Source: Azolla caroliniana (taxonomy: Eukaryota; Plantae; Polypodiophyta). From it: a DNA stretch of 64,000 nucleotides. The DNA is taken from the NCBI GenBank assembly GCA_043228905.1, contig JBHGNT010000012.1, positions 12,834,001-12,898,000 of the forward strand, read 5' to 3'. The notes beneath the pieces were generated by a model, which was not told the DNA's origin, made no database searches, and saw only the letters and a program-made list of their open reading frames with translations. Shown in pieces: positions 1 to 15,574 of the stretch (its first letter is position 1; each line of letters starts with the position of its first letter). Position numbers and translations under genes: made by a program.

Positions 1-1807
1 GCAATCCGGGAAGCACCAGCCCCGGCAACGGCAAAGGCATTGAGCCGTTTCCTAGGACAAATCCGTTGGCATAGCCGTATGCTCCGATATTTGGCAGACT
101 TGGCTACACCTCTGCATACGGCAGTACATCGAACACCGTTCCAATGGACCGACATCGAAGACAAGGCGTACCGGGCACTAAAGTTGTTATTGTCACAAGC
201 ACCGGTAGTGTAGCCTCCTGATTGGAGTAAAGAATTTCATGTGTTCGTGGACGCTTCCGATATCGCAATCGGCAACGCACTCATGCAGCTTACTGAGCCA
301 AGGTGGTACCGGCCAGTGTACTATGCCAGCCGGAAGCTATCCCAAGCGGAGCGAAATTATTCTACCACGGAAAGGGAAGCTTTAGGAATGATCTACAGTG
401 TAACAAAATTCAGGCATTATTTATTGGGAAGAAAGTTCTCCTTCCATGTGGATCATTCGGCACTCCTTTACCTAGTATCCAAAGCGTCACTTACCGGTAA
501 GCTGGCCCGGTGGACTTTGTTGTTGCAAGAGTTTGAATTCGAGATATTCCACCGACCCGGCATACAGCATGCGGTCGCAGATTATCTAAGCTGGCTAGAT
601 TCCGGGGAGACAGGGGACGGAGTACCGGACGAGTTTCCGGATGCAGAGCTTTCTCGAGTCACCACTAAAACGACAACAGATGAAACAGTGGCACAAGAAG
701 ATAAGTGGCGAACTAATATGCACCAGTTTCTGAGCACCGGATTGCTGCCGGAGGAGATGAACCGGGACGAGAGAAAACTCCTGGCGGTACAGAGCCGTCA
801 CTTCTATTTATTACAGGACACGCTATACCACAAAGGTGCGGACGGTATCTGGCGACGAATAGTGCGTAGCGACGAGAAGGAGGTAATACTACGGGAAGCA
901 CACTGCGGAGTCGCCGGAGGCCATTATGCCGGAGATGCGACGGCAAGGAAAGTATGGCAAAGTGGCCTATGGTGGCCGACCACATTGAAAGATGCAGTCC
1001 GGTATGCGAAGGACTGTGATCTATGCCAACGAATAGGTCAGCCAACGGAACAAGCTCGGATGCCACACTAGCCAGTCCTGCCACTAGAACCATTCCAGAA
1101 ATGGGGGCTGGATTTCGTCGGGCCATTCAAACCACCAGCAATGAGAACCGGCAACCGGTACGTGATCGTCGCGACGGATTACTGCACTAAGTGGGTGGAA
1201 GCGAAAGCCTTACGAGACAACACCGCGGCGTCAACAACGAAATTCTTATACGAATCCATTTGGTGCCGGTACGGATGCCCCATAGAACTGATAAGCGACC
1301 AAGGAGGGCATTTTCTTGGACAAATGGTAGAAAGTTTGACGTTCTATGCGGTAGTACATAAAAGAAGCACACCGTACTATCCGCAAGCAAATGGGTTAGT
1401 TGAGTCGATGAACAAAACGCTCCAAAATATCCTCTGGAAGATCATCAATGAAAATCGGACAAATTGGGACACAAAGTTGCACAGTGCGCTCTGGGCTTAC
1501 CAGACAGCGTACAAAAGAAGCCTCCGGACAACACCGTTCCGGTTAGCATTCGGATTGGAGGCAGTCATGCCGGTCGAGTTCTAGGTACCAAGCTTACGGA
1601 TTCAGATTAAGGAACGATTGAACGAAAAGGAATCGGAGGCAATTCGGTTAAAGGCTCTGTGCGAACTAGAAGAACACCGACTGGCAAGCATTATGCACCT
1701 GGAATTGGAACAACGGACACGGAAAGCATTTGTAGATCGGCACCGGAAGGGAAACGAAAAAATGTTCGGGATCGGCAAGCCGGTACTCGTGATCCAGACC
1801 CGGATCA
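1..1807 (+). mobile_element. Degraded Ty3/gypsy (non-chromovirus) pol fragment: RT end, RNase H, integrase
   Basis: ORFs 241-1071 (VDASDIAIG, YASRKLSQAERNYSTTERE, HHCC zinc finger) and 1141-1584 (ATDYCTKWVEA, SDQG, PQANG), broken by in-frame TAG stops; ends abruptly near 1807. Confidence 0.92.
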
Positions 1808-2858
1808 CGAGTACTCGTCATCCAGGGGAAACTTGGTCGCAACAAGTTGATTTGCATACCCATGAACGTACTGATGTGTTTGACGATGCTCCAACCGTCT
1901 TCGTATTTCAGCCGTACGATTTTCCTCATCAACGAGGTTTTATTCAGCGTGTTCTTCCTCTCATATAGACCCGACAACTTCTGCCACATCTCGTGAGCAT
2001 TTGTGTCATTCGCCACATGCTGAAGGACACTTACATCGACGCATTGTCGGATAGTGGCCACCGCCTTTCTATTCAGAAGCTTCCAGTCCAACTCCAATAC
2101 CCCCTGGGTATTTCTGCTCTGTTGATTGGCTCGTACAGGTCTTTACTATGAGAAGGTCTTCCATCTTGATCTTCCAGTCTGCATTGGTTTGTGAGTTGAG
2201 AACTATCATACCTAGGAAACCGCTCACACCTCCTTTCATGCTTGCAGCTCAAGCTCTGATACCAGTTTGTAGAGAAATCGTTCAGTCGAATCACAAATCT
2301 TAGATATGCCAGAAAACAGGACAACAATGGTGCACAGAGATTTAATGTGGAAACCCTAAAGCGGGAGAAAAAAAAAACACGGGAATAGAGCTTCACTATG
2401 TATAGTGGATATACATCCCAGAATGTTACAACACTCCTTAGAGTGTGTGTATCAGCCACACAGGGCTCTTAGCGTCTACTGTTACACACACAGCTATGGC
2501 GCCGCTCTCCTTCTCACTCTCTCTACCTCACACGCTCTCGCGCTACTGTTGTTCTTCCCCTTATGTCTCACGTTTTGCCCTAACTGTATTTATACTTATA
2601 CAATGTATGGGCTATTTACAAATATAGCCTCTGCTACATATCATTATTATTATTGCTATAATAATAACAGTCGAACTATCAAACAGTCGACTCACTGTTT
2701 TCGACTCTTCGACTGTCGGCTTTCCGAACAGTCGGATCTTCCCTGTCTTCGACTGTCGGCACTCCTTAGTCCGATCAGTCGGCTCCTCGTAGTCATCGAC
2801 TGTTAGCAACTTCTGGACAGTCGGTTCCTCCTCCCACTGGAGGGACATATTCCCAACA
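1808..2858 (-). mobile_element. Truncated copia element: 5' LTR (2268-2858), PBS and start of gag
   Basis: LTR reads TGTTGGG...CTACA on the minus strand; Met-i PBS TGGTATCAGAGC at 2253-2264; gag peptide WKLLNRKAVATIRQCVDVSVLQHVAND nearly identical to the intact copia at 3813. Confidence 0.88.
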
Positions 2859-3097
2859 ATAGCTTCTATCTCAAATTGTCGAACCGTGCGCCACCATATC
2901 CCATCTGCTCCTTTATGGTAAAGTGTGTCGTTTAGTAGACAGAAATTCTGACTTCTTATAGTTAACCACATCCTTTCATCTAGAGACATATTATCGAGTG
3001 ATAGTCTTGTACTTTAAGAAAAATTGTCATTTCTATAATCCATGTTGTTGGGATTACGGTCCCTCCGGATGGGATGGTAAGATGTCCGGGAATCGGG

Positions 3098-3262
3098 AAT
3101 GAAGACCCCGGCTACGGAGCCGGATGATGAAGACCCGGTTCCGGATCCGGATGATGAAGACCCGGTTCCGGATCCGGATGATGAAGACCCTGGCTACGGA
3201 GCCGGATGATGAAGACCCCGGCTACGGAGCCGGATGATGAAGACCCGGTTACGGAGCCGGAA
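3098..3262 (+). repeat. 27-28 bp tandem repeat in U3 of the copia A 5' LTR (6 units; 2 units in the 3' LTR)
   Basis: Units of the type ATGAAGACCC(C)GG(C/T)T(A/C)CGGA(G/T)CCGGATG read directly. Confidence 0.93.
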
Positions 3263-3812
3263 GACGAATGTACCCGGAGAGAGATCCGGATGCGGGGACA
3301 TATTAGTGAATATGTTTGCCAAGGGCCCTTGAGGCTATATTTGTAAATAGCCCGAAAGTCATATGTGTATACATATGACTTAGGGCAAACAGTTTTGTGG
3401 TTGTTGCTGAAAAGTTGTTGCTTATTGTGTATTGCCACTCTTATGTGTGTAAGGAGAGTGAAGAGAGCAGCCGAGAGAGAGAGAGAGACGAAGAGGTCGT
3501 TGCCTCTGTGTATTACCGCCGCCTGTGGCGAAGACAGCGAGCTCAAGGTTGTTGCCTTGTAGCTTCACCATTGTACATCTCTGTTTATAGTGATAGTTGG
3601 AGTTTGAGGACTCCCGTGGTTTTTCCCATTTAGGGTTTTCCAAGTAAAACATCCTGTGTACTCTTCTCTCTATTGTCTTCGTGCATTTTGTATTTCCTGT
3701 TTTTTGTGAGTTGATCCTATTCCTCGGTTGTGGCCGAGCTCTGTGTTTAACAAAGTGGTTTCGAAAGAGCCAATTTCTAACAAGTGGTATCAGAGCGACG
3801 GTAACACAGAAA

Positions 3813-6800
3813 ATGGAAGGCGGCGGTAGTGGGCCTCCGGGCATGATGGTGTTGAACTCACAGAACTACGCCGACTGGAAGATAAAGATGGAAGACCTTC
3901 TCATCGTCCGAGACCTGTACGAACCGATCGACAATGCCGAGATACCCAAGGGGGTAATAGAGTCGGAGTGGAAGCTCCTGAACCGGAAAGCCGTAGCGAC
4001 GATCCGGCAATATGTCGATGTAAGTGTTCTGCAACATGTGGCGAACGATACGAACGCCTATGAGATGTGGCAGAAGCTGTCCGGACTGTATGAGAGGAAG
4101 AATGCTCTGACCCGGACCTCCCTGATGAGGAAGATAGTGAACCTTAAGTACCGGGACGGCGAGAGCATGGTCGAACACGTCAGCACGTTCATGGGATTCG
4201 TGAACCAGCTTGCGGCGATCAAGTTCCCGTTGGATGACGCAATGCAAGCCATCATGCTGATGTGTACCCTTCCGGAGAGCTGGGAGAACTTGGTAGTTAC
4301 ACTCAGCACCTCCTGTAAGGAAGAGAACTTGTCTTTACTAACGGTAAAGACAAGTATTCTAAATGAAGAAGCGCGTCGGAGAGATAAAGAACCGGCCTCC
4401 GACTCGAAGGCGCTGCTTACCGAATCGGAACGGGGAAGACAACGGAACCGGAGTCCGCAAAGACGGGAGAAGTCGGGGACGCGGTCGCAGTCGAGGGGAA
4501 GACCTACATGCTTCTACTGTGGGAAGCCGGGGCACTTCCAGAAGAACTGTCGGCATTTCCGGAAAGACAACGGAACCGACGGTACCGATTCGAAGAAGTC
4601 ACCGGAGCGAAACGGTGCATACCGGGGAGCCACGGACCGGAGAGGTCCGGATCGGCGAGGGCAGGACCGGAAAGGAACGACGGCACTCGCGGCAAGTGAA
4701 GAAGAGATAATGCTCATTACCGAAGAGAGGGAGCTGAACCTTGCCGGTGAAGAGATGACCTGGGTGGTCGATTCCGGAGCGTCGTTCCACCTGACCCCGG
4801 AGAAGAAATACTTCTCATCCTACACAGCCGGTGAGCACGGCTGTGTCCGGATGGGAAATGAAGGTACATGCCGGATTGCCGGCATAGGAGACGTGTGGCT
4901 GATGACATCAACCGGATGCAAGATGCTGCTGAAGGATGTCCGACACGTTCCGGAGGTTCGATTGAACCTGATTTCGGCCAGGAGGCTAGACGATGAAGGC
5001 TACACGGGTAGCATCCGGAACGGCGTAATGAAGTTCAGCAAGGGGAGCCTGATAGTGGCTCGGGCCCGGAAAGTCAACACACTGTACCTTATGAATGCCT
5101 GGTTGTGTCCGGAAGAGTTGAACGTGGCAGCCGACACTGCCGGTGAGCTGTGGCACAAGAGACTGTGCCACATGAGTGAGAAGGGGATGAAGAGGCTTGC
5201 AGAAGACAACCTTATTCCAGTGAAGCATGTGCACCTGGAGAAGTGCACCGATTGCCTGGCCGGTAAGCAGAACCGAACCTCCTTCCACTCAAGGCCACCG
5301 ACGAGACGTAGCGCACCGTTGGAGTTGGTGCACACTGACGTGTGTCAAGTAGAAACGAAGTCACATGGCGGAGCCCAGTACTTCGTGACATTCATAGATG
5401 ACCACAGCCGGAAGCTGTGGACGGCACCGTTGAAGACAAAGGACCAAGTGTTGTGCGTCTTAAAAGAACTCCACGCGAGAGTGGAAAGGGAATCCGGAAA
5501 GAAGCTGAAAGCGATACGAACGGATAACGGAGGGGAATACCGGGGGCAGTTCGAGGAGTACTGTCGCTCGAAGGGAATCCGGCTCGAGTTTACTGTGCCG
5601 AAGACGCCGGAACTGAACGGGCTGGCCGAGAGGATGAACCGGACCATAATGGAGAGGGTCCGGAGTATGCTGGCGCATGCGAAATTACCCAAGGGGTTTT
5701 GGGCTGAGGCAATGTCGACGGCGACATACGTGATAAACAGATCACCCTCAGTACCTTTGGACGGAGACACGCCGCAGAGAGTGTGGACCGGTAGGGAAGT
5801 ATCCTACCGGCATCTGAAGGTGTTCGGGTGTCTCGCATATGTGCATGTGGCAAAGGACCGGAGAGGAAAGCTAGATCCAAAGACCCGGCCATGCATATTC
5901 CTCGGCTACGGCGATGACGAGTTCGGCTACCGAGTATGGGACCCGGTCGACAAAAAGATATTCCGGAGTCGTGATATCATCTTCATGGAGGACAAGACAC
6001 TCGCCGACTGGGAGTCGGAGAAGAAGATGAAGAGCTCCAAGTCGACCGGTGAGGATCAACTCTACGAGGAGCAGTCCCGACCGGCAAGGGACCGGTTAGC
6101 ACTCGAGGATCCGGCCGAAGACGGTGAAGAAACAGAACCGGCCGAGGAAGATGAAACTGATACCGGAACCGGCCCCGATCCCGAAATGGATTCGGATGAA
6201 GAGGAAACGGAGGAGCCGGTTACCGAAGCTCCGGAACGGAGATATCCTCTAAGAGAGAGAAGGGCCCCCCGGAGATTTCCAGAACCAGAGCACGTGCTGC
6301 TAACCGACGAGGGGGAGCCGGAGAGTTTTGAAGAAGCAAAGCTTGACACCCATAGCCGCAGGTGGTTAAGTGCCATGCAGGAGGAGATGGATTCCCTGCA
6401 TGAGAACCACACATATGAACTTGTGGAGTTGCCGAAAGGAAAGCGGGCACTTCGAAACAAGTGGGTGTTCAAGCTGAAACCGGGAGATGCCGGAAACCCC
6501 CCAAGATACAAAGCCAGGATCGTGGTGAAGGGGTTCCAGCAGAAGAAGGGCGTCGACTTCGACGAGATATTTGCCCCGGTAGTGAAGATGACCTCCATCC
6601 GGACGGTGCTGAGCATAGCGGCAAGCATGGACCTCGAGGTAGAACAGATGGACGTGAAGACGGCATTCCTTCACGGTGACCTCGAAGAAGAGATCTACAT
6701 GCAGCAACCGGAAGGATTCGAGAAGAAAGGGAAGGAGCACCTGGTATGCCGGTTGAAGAAGAGCCTTTACGGACTGAAGCAGGCTCCCCGGCAATGGTAC

Positions 6801-7886
6801 CGGAAGTTCGACTCTTTCATGACCGACGAAGGGTACCACAAAACGCAGTCCGATCACTACGTGTTTGTGAAGAAGTTCGAAGGAGGAGATTCTCTAATAC
6901 TCCTCCTATACGTGGACGACATGTTGATCGTCGGACGGGACCAGGTCAAGATACGGATGCTGAAGAAAGCGCTTCACAGAACCTTCTCAATGAAGGACCT
7001 GGGTCCGGCGAGGCAAATACTAGGGATGCACATCATCCGGGACCGGAAGAAGAAGCAGTTGTGGCTGTCACAGGAGAAGTACGTGACAAAGGTGCTTCAC
7101 CGGTTCAACATGTCGGAAGCAAGACCGGTCGGGTCAACCCTCCCGGCAAACTGCAAGTTGTCCAGCAAGCAAAGCCCTAAGACAAAGGCTGAGAAGGAGG
7201 ACATGATGAAAGTACCATATGCCTCTGCCATCAGAAGCTTGATGTACGCAATGGTGTGTACAAGACCGGACATAGGATATGCAGTCGGAGTGGTGAGCCG
7301 GTACATGAGCAATCCCGGCAAAGAGCACTGGAACGCGGTCAAGTGGATACTCCGATACCTGAAGGGCACAGCAAACGTGTGCCTCCGATTCGGCTCCGGT
7401 AAGCCCGAACTCGACGGCTTTACCGATTCGGATATGTCGGCTGATGCAGATACCAGCCGGTCCACATCAGGGTATGTGATGACGTATGCAGGGGGAGCTG
7501 TTTCGTGGCAGTCGAGGCTGCAGAAGACGGTTGCGTTGTCAACCACTGAGGCGGAGTACATGGCGGCTGTTGAAGCCGGCAAGGAAATAATATGGATGAA
7601 GGACTTCATTAGAGAGCTCGGTATCCGGCAGGAGGAGTACCGACTCTACTGCGACAGTCAGAGTGCCATCCACCTTGCGAAGAACGCGGCCTATCACTCC
7701 CGGACGAAGCACATCCAGCGAAGATATCACTGGATCCGGGAAAGGATAGAAGACCAGGAGTTCGTGCTGACGAAGATCCACACGGACGAGAACGGGTCAG
7801 ACATGCTGACCAAAGTGCTCACACCCGACAAGCTGGAAGCGTGCCGGAAGAAGGTCAGACTGGAAAGACATCCCATGCCGAAGTGA
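3813..7886 (+). CDS. Copia gag-pol polyprotein (capsid, CCHC knuckle, protease, integrase, RT, RNase H)
   Basis: First ATG after the PBS; motifs CFYCGKPGHFQKNC, WVVDSGASFH, LWHKRLCH, HTD/TDNGGE/AER, YKARIV, YVDDML, RTKHI, SDMLTK in copia order. Confidence 0.96.
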   Translation: MEGGGSGPPGMMVLNSQNYADWKIKMEDLLIVRDLYEPIDNAEIPKGVIESEWKLLNRKAVATIRQYVDVSVLQHVANDTNAYEMWQKLSGLYERKNALTRTSLMRKIVNLKYRDGESMVEHVSTFMGFVNQLAAIKFPLDDAMQAIMLMCTLPESWENLVVTLSTSCKEENLSLLTVKTSILNEEARRRDKEPASDSKALLTESERGRQRNRSPQRREKSGTRSQSRGRPTCFYCGKPGHFQKNCRHFRKDNGTDGTDSKKSPERNGAYRGATDRRGPDRRGQDRKGTTALAASEEEIMLITEERELNLAGEEMTWVVDSGASFHLTPEKKYFSSYTAGEHGCVRMGNEGTCRIAGIGDVWLMTSTGCKMLLKDVRHVPEVRLNLISARRLDDEGYTGSIRNGVMKFSKGSLIVARARKVNTLYLMNAWLCPEELNVAADTAGELWHKRLCHMSEKGMKRLAEDNLIPVKHVHLEKCTDCLAGKQNRTSFHSRPPTRRSAPLELVHTDVCQVETKSHGGAQYFVTFIDDHSRKLWTAPLKTKDQVLCVLKELHARVERESGKKLKAIRTDNGGEYRGQFEEYCRSKGIRLEFTVPKTPELNGLAERMNRTIMERVRSMLAHAKLPKGFWAEAMSTATYVINRSPSVPLDGDTPQRVWTGREVSYRHLKVFGCLAYVHVAKDRRGKLDPKTRPCIFLGYGDDEFGYRVWDPVDKKIFRSRDIIFMEDKTLADWESEKKMKSSKSTGEDQLYEEQSRPARDRLALEDPAEDGEETEPAEEDETDTGTGPDPEMDSDEEETEEPVTEAPERRYPLRERRAPRRFPEPEHVLLTDEGEPESFEEAKLDTHSRRWLSAMQEEMDSLHENHTYELVELPKGKRALRNKWVFKLKPGDAGNPPRYKARIVVKGFQQKKGVDFDEIFAPVVKMTSIRTVLSIAASMDLEVEQMDVKTAFLHGDLEEEIYMQQPEGFEKKGKEHLVCRLKKSLYGLKQAPRQWYRKFDSFMTDEGYHKTQSDHYVFVKKFEGGDSLILLLYVDDMLIVGRDQVKIRMLKKALHRTFSMKDLGPARQILGMHIIRDRKKKQLWLSQEKYVTKVLHRFNMSEARPVGSTLPANCKLSSKQSPKTKAEKEDMMKVPYASAIRSLMYAMVCTRPDIGYAVGVVSRYMSNPGKEHWNAVKWILRYLKGTANVCLRFGSGKPELDGFTDSDMSADADTSRSTSGYVMTYAGGAVSWQSRLQKTVALSTTEAEYMAAVEAGKEIIWMKDFIRELGIRQEEYRLYCDSQSAIHLAKNAAYHSRTKHIQRRYHWIRERIEDQEFVLTKIHTDENGSDMLTKVLTPDKLEACRKKVRLERHPMPK

Positions 7887-10800
7887 AGGGGGAGTTTGTT
7901 GGGATTACGGTCCCTCCGGATGGGATGGTAAGATGTCCGGGAATCGGGAATGAAGACCCCGGCTACGGAGCCGGATGATGAAGACCCGGTTACGGAGCCA
8001 GAAGACGAATGTACCCGGAGAGAGATCCGGATGCGGGGACATATTAGTGAATATGTTTGCCAAGGGCCCTTGAGGCTATATTTGTAAATAGCCCGAAAGT
8101 CATATGTGTATAAATATGACTTAGGGCAAACAGTTTTGTGGTTGTTGCTGAAAAGTTGTTGCTTATTGTGTATTGCCACTCTTATGTGTGTAAGGAGAGT
8201 GAAGAGAGCAGCCGAGAGAGAGAGAGAGAGACGAAGAGGTCGTTGCCTCTGTGTATTACCGCCGCCTGTGGCGAAGACAGTGAGCTCAAGGTTGTTGCCT
8301 TGTAGCTTCACCATTATACATCTCTGTTTATAGTGATAGTTGGAGTTTGAGGACTCCCGTGGTTTTTCCCATTTAGGGTTTTCCACGTAAAACATCCTGT
8401 GTACTCTTCTCTCTATTGACTTCGTGCATTTTGTATTTCCTGTTTTCTGTGAGTTGATCCTATTCCTCGGTTGTGGCCGAGCACTGTGTTTAACAAAGTG
8501 GTTTCGAAAGAGCCAATTTCTAACACATGTATCCATTGTGTCCTCACCCGTCTCCATGGCTACTACTGTGGCGACCCAAAAAAGTTGACCATCAGGAAAG
8601 TTATCTTTAATTCTTGTTCCCTCCTCTCCCAACTCTAGTCGACTAAGGTAATCCGCAATTGCATGTTGCACTTCTAGTCCATGAAGAATGTTGAATTCGA
8701 ATTCCTGAAGTAGCAATGTCCATCTAACTAATTTCCCTGTGAGTTCCTATTTTGACACTAAATATAGCAAGGCCAAGTGATCAACGTGAAATGTAAATTT
8801 CCGTCCCAGTAGGTAGTGTCGGAATTTATTTAATTTATTTATGCTATAAATCATCCCTAGAGCCTCCCGCTTGGTTGTCGAGTAGTTTCTTACTGTGGTG
8901 GAAAGTTTCCGACTCACGTAGTATACTGACTATACCAATTCGGCTCCGACAACTACATTAAGGAACTGTCGATCGCTACATCTGACACATCGACAAACAC
9001 GTGAAAAGGCTTCTTCGATTCGGGAGGTTGTACCACTAGTACCTTGGTGAGCATTTTCTTGAGGCAATCATAGGCATCCTGCTCCACTATTGTCCATTGA
9101 AAAGTTGTCTTGCGTACTGCTATGTGTAGTGGTATTGCTACATCGGCAAGATAACGAATCATCCGACCGTGCCATCTAATTTGGCCCAAGAATCGACTTA
9201 GAGCCTTCGCATTGGTCGCTAACACGGAGTAATTTCTCAATTTCCTCTTTGACCTTAACCGCATAGTTTGGATTTAGTCGGTAACGACGTTATTGCATCG
9301 GTTTTGCATCTTTGTGTAAATTTATCTAATGCTAACAAAATGCTGGATCTAATCCTTTAATGTCTTCGAATGACCAAGCAAAGACATCCTTGTATTGTCT
9401 CGATAAATTCTTCAGTTCCTCTTTATTAGCCGACAACATTTCTTTGGCTATCAGTATACTCTTAGGCTCAGCCTTGGTGTCGGTGTCTACTAAATTTACT
9501 TCTTCAAGTGCCGATGTTTGTACTCTTTGAGACACCTGGATTTCCTTTTCAATGGCTTCCTACTGTAGTCTAATCTCTTTTAATGTCTGCTCATCCACTT
9601 GAATTTCATCTTTAGTGTCTTCTATATAAGGAGTGAGCGTCTGCAAAATATCAACTTGGAATAGTGGAATGATCTTTGGGTTGTCATTGAAATACCGATC
9701 TTCCTCTGCTTCATCTAGTTCTTGCATCATATTGACTGACTCTACATGGACTTGTAGACATTGATGAGCCATACTAACTTTGTCTTGAGTCGATATCCAA
9801 ATTTTAGTTTTTCCCTTTTTGAATGTCAGCACATTCTTGTTCCAATTTTGCTTAATATTAGCCATTTTTAACCATGGTTGGCCTAACAGTAATGAATATG
9901 CATCAGGAGCATCCAAATGAAGCACACCTGCTGACATCTGAAAAGTGTTACCCCTAGAGAATGACATCCAATTGTCAAATTAACCCGAGTGGCCTAATTG
10001 TGCTTGTGTCGGCCATCCTTAACCAAAAAGGACATGAATCCCACATGGTAATTTCATGCTTATCACAGGTGGTTTTATTGATGACATTGACCCCTGAGCC
10101 ACCGTCGACAATAGTCCTGGCAATTTCCTGACCCTGAATTATCACCTTTATTGCAAGACTTTGTTCATGCATGATTGTCGAACCATTGCTTGGATGACTA
10201 AAATTGACCGATACTTGCTCTACGTCTTTGGTTACTGTTTATAAAGATATAAAGTATAATCAGTCGTACTAACTTTAATAATCCTGCCAAAGATAATGAC
10301 ACTTGGCAATCCGCCAAAATCTTCTAGGTTTCATCATGTTCGTACACCGATAATGGTTCAGACTGAGGGGCAGGTTGCTCCTTATTTGATATCTCATTAT
10401 CCTGCACCATTCTGGCGACATTATTCTTATTAGCTTCTTCCATCCATTCCTTAGTGCCTTTTCGAACAACTTCTTGTATTTCCCACTCCGATTGTTTTCC
10501 TTTGCTGCGAGTGGTCACTTGTTGAATTTTGGGTACAACCATATTGATAGTTGGTGCCTTCCCTTTTTCTCTTGTCGGACATTGATTTGCATAATGACCG
10601 TCTTTCTTGCATATGTAACAATTCGGTACCGATGAACCACTTTATTCACTAGTTTCATATTGAGGACACCAAACATCCTACGAATCGGAATTTTCTCTCT
10701 CCCAAGTCTCATACTGAAATTGTTGAGACCCCGTGGGCTTCTTGTTATCATTGAACCGTCGATTTCCTTGATGATTATCATTTGCCCGCCGAAAATTATT

Positions 10801-10992
10801 AGACTTTTTATCTTCGTGAAAACAACCTCCTCTATACGGTTGTCAGTTACCATTATCTCTTTGAGGTCAATAATCACGGTCATTATTCCGACCATCACGG
10901 CGATGATCGCTCTACCAATCTTCATCCTGTCGTGAATCGCGTTCCCGCAGCATCTATATCGACTGATATTGCGTTCACGAATGCGGGTACCG

Positions 10993-11066
10993 TTTATAAA
11001 GTAATTATACACTCAAATCTTTGATAAATAGGGCTTGTAGATTTGAGTGTATAATTACTTTATAAA
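10993..11066. repeat. Perfect 28-bp inverted repeat with 18-bp spacer
   Basis: TTTATAAAGTAATTATACACTCAAATCT (10993-11020) and its exact reverse complement (11039-11066). Confidence 0.93.
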
Positions 11067-11084
11067 GTGTAATTTTTTGGATAT

Positions 11085-11168
11085 AGGGGTAGTTTGGAAA
11101 ATTTGGAACTTCCAGGGGCATTCTGGTAAATAGACGAACCTCCAGGGGTATCCTAGTACTTTTCCCTA
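11085..11168 (-). mobile_element. Possible Mutator-like TIR remnant
   Basis: Ends GTACTTTTCCCT with repeated CCAGGGG subterminal motifs, resembling plant MULE termini; no partner TIR or TSD found. Confidence 0.4.
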
Positions 11169-12009
11169 TTTATAAACACTTTTCAAAATGTGAAAAAGCA
11201 GGAGAACAAGCAGTTTTCTATTGTAGGGTTGAACAGAAATTTCGGAGAGTTTTTAGAGAGCATATACTCTTCTTCGTGGCCTTCTCCATCTACGTTTCTG
11301 AGTACATGATAAAAGGCCGACATTTTGGACAACATTACTTCCATTACTAGGCACATGTTGTGAATCTTTGATGGTTCCTTTTTGTGTCTTACTAGTTGGG
11401 TTTAAATTATTAGAGGAAGTTTTATCTTCTTCTTTACATAGTATTCTAATATGTAAAACTTTGGTGTGCAAATTATAAGTTGATAGTGAATTGTTTCTGG
11501 ACTAGATTCCATAATTTTTACCTCCTTGAGGGTATTGCATTAAATTTTTGTGGTGTATTATGCATAGTATTTGTTATGTATCCTGTTTTTTCTTGAATAA
11601 TTTGCAAACGTAATCTTTGTCTCATTTAAGTGGTAAAGTGCTATCAAGAATCCAATCAGCCTCTTCCACAAATTATGTCGTGCATATTTGAGTAGATCTA
11701 AATGGGGCCTCATTCATTCACTCCCATGGATCATTTATTAGAGCACATGGTGGTTATTTGCAACAATTAGTATTAGATCTTTGAAACAGAGGGAAGGAGG
11801 GAGAGAGAGAGAGGGCCAAGAGCTAGGGCTAGTACTGTAACTTACCACTAGGGTAAGGTAATTACGATCTAAAACTATAGAGAGAAATTTTAATTGGCAA
11901 ACTGATTGAATATTAGAAAATACATGAAGTCTTTCAATGTACATGATTTTGTCATACACCCATCCGGCTTTCTTGCAAGTACGCACTGGGTAAAATGAGG
12001 AACATAAGC

Positions 12010-15574
<3,565 letters not shown>

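Larger units (their letters stand above)
3046..8525 (+). mobile_element. Full-length Ty1/copia LTR retrotransposon (Tork/Tnt1-like), copia A
   Basis: LTRs 3046-3782 and 7897-8525 (TG...CA); perfect 5-bp TSD CATGT (3041-3045, 8526-8530); PBS TGGTATCAGAGC 3785-3796; PPT GAAGGGGGAG 7885-7894; uninterrupted gag-pol. Confidence 0.98.
2859..10992 (-). mobile_element. Degraded Ty3/gypsy element (same family as 1-1807), split by the intact copia at 3046-8525
   Basis: Minus-strand fragments: protease (IVDGGSGVNVI, 9975-10172), RT/RNase H (FLGQIRWH, FVDVSD, 8953-9264; LLQEFEF near 8700) and integrase N-terminus (TLYHKGADGIW, 2870-2989); reads through once the copia and one CATGT copy are removed. Confidence 0.85.

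Noticed and set aside
3681-3812. ORF-track N-terminal extension of the 1401-aa copia protein
   Set aside because: Starts at a GTG inside the LTR and crosses the PBS; the likely start is ATG 3813.
7727-8716. 329-aa minus-strand ORF
   Set aside because: Chimera of gypsy RNase H end and antisense copia LTR.
11253-11471. 72-aa ORF as a possible final DUR3 exon
   Set aside because: No resemblance to DUR3 C-termini and no convincing splice pairing.
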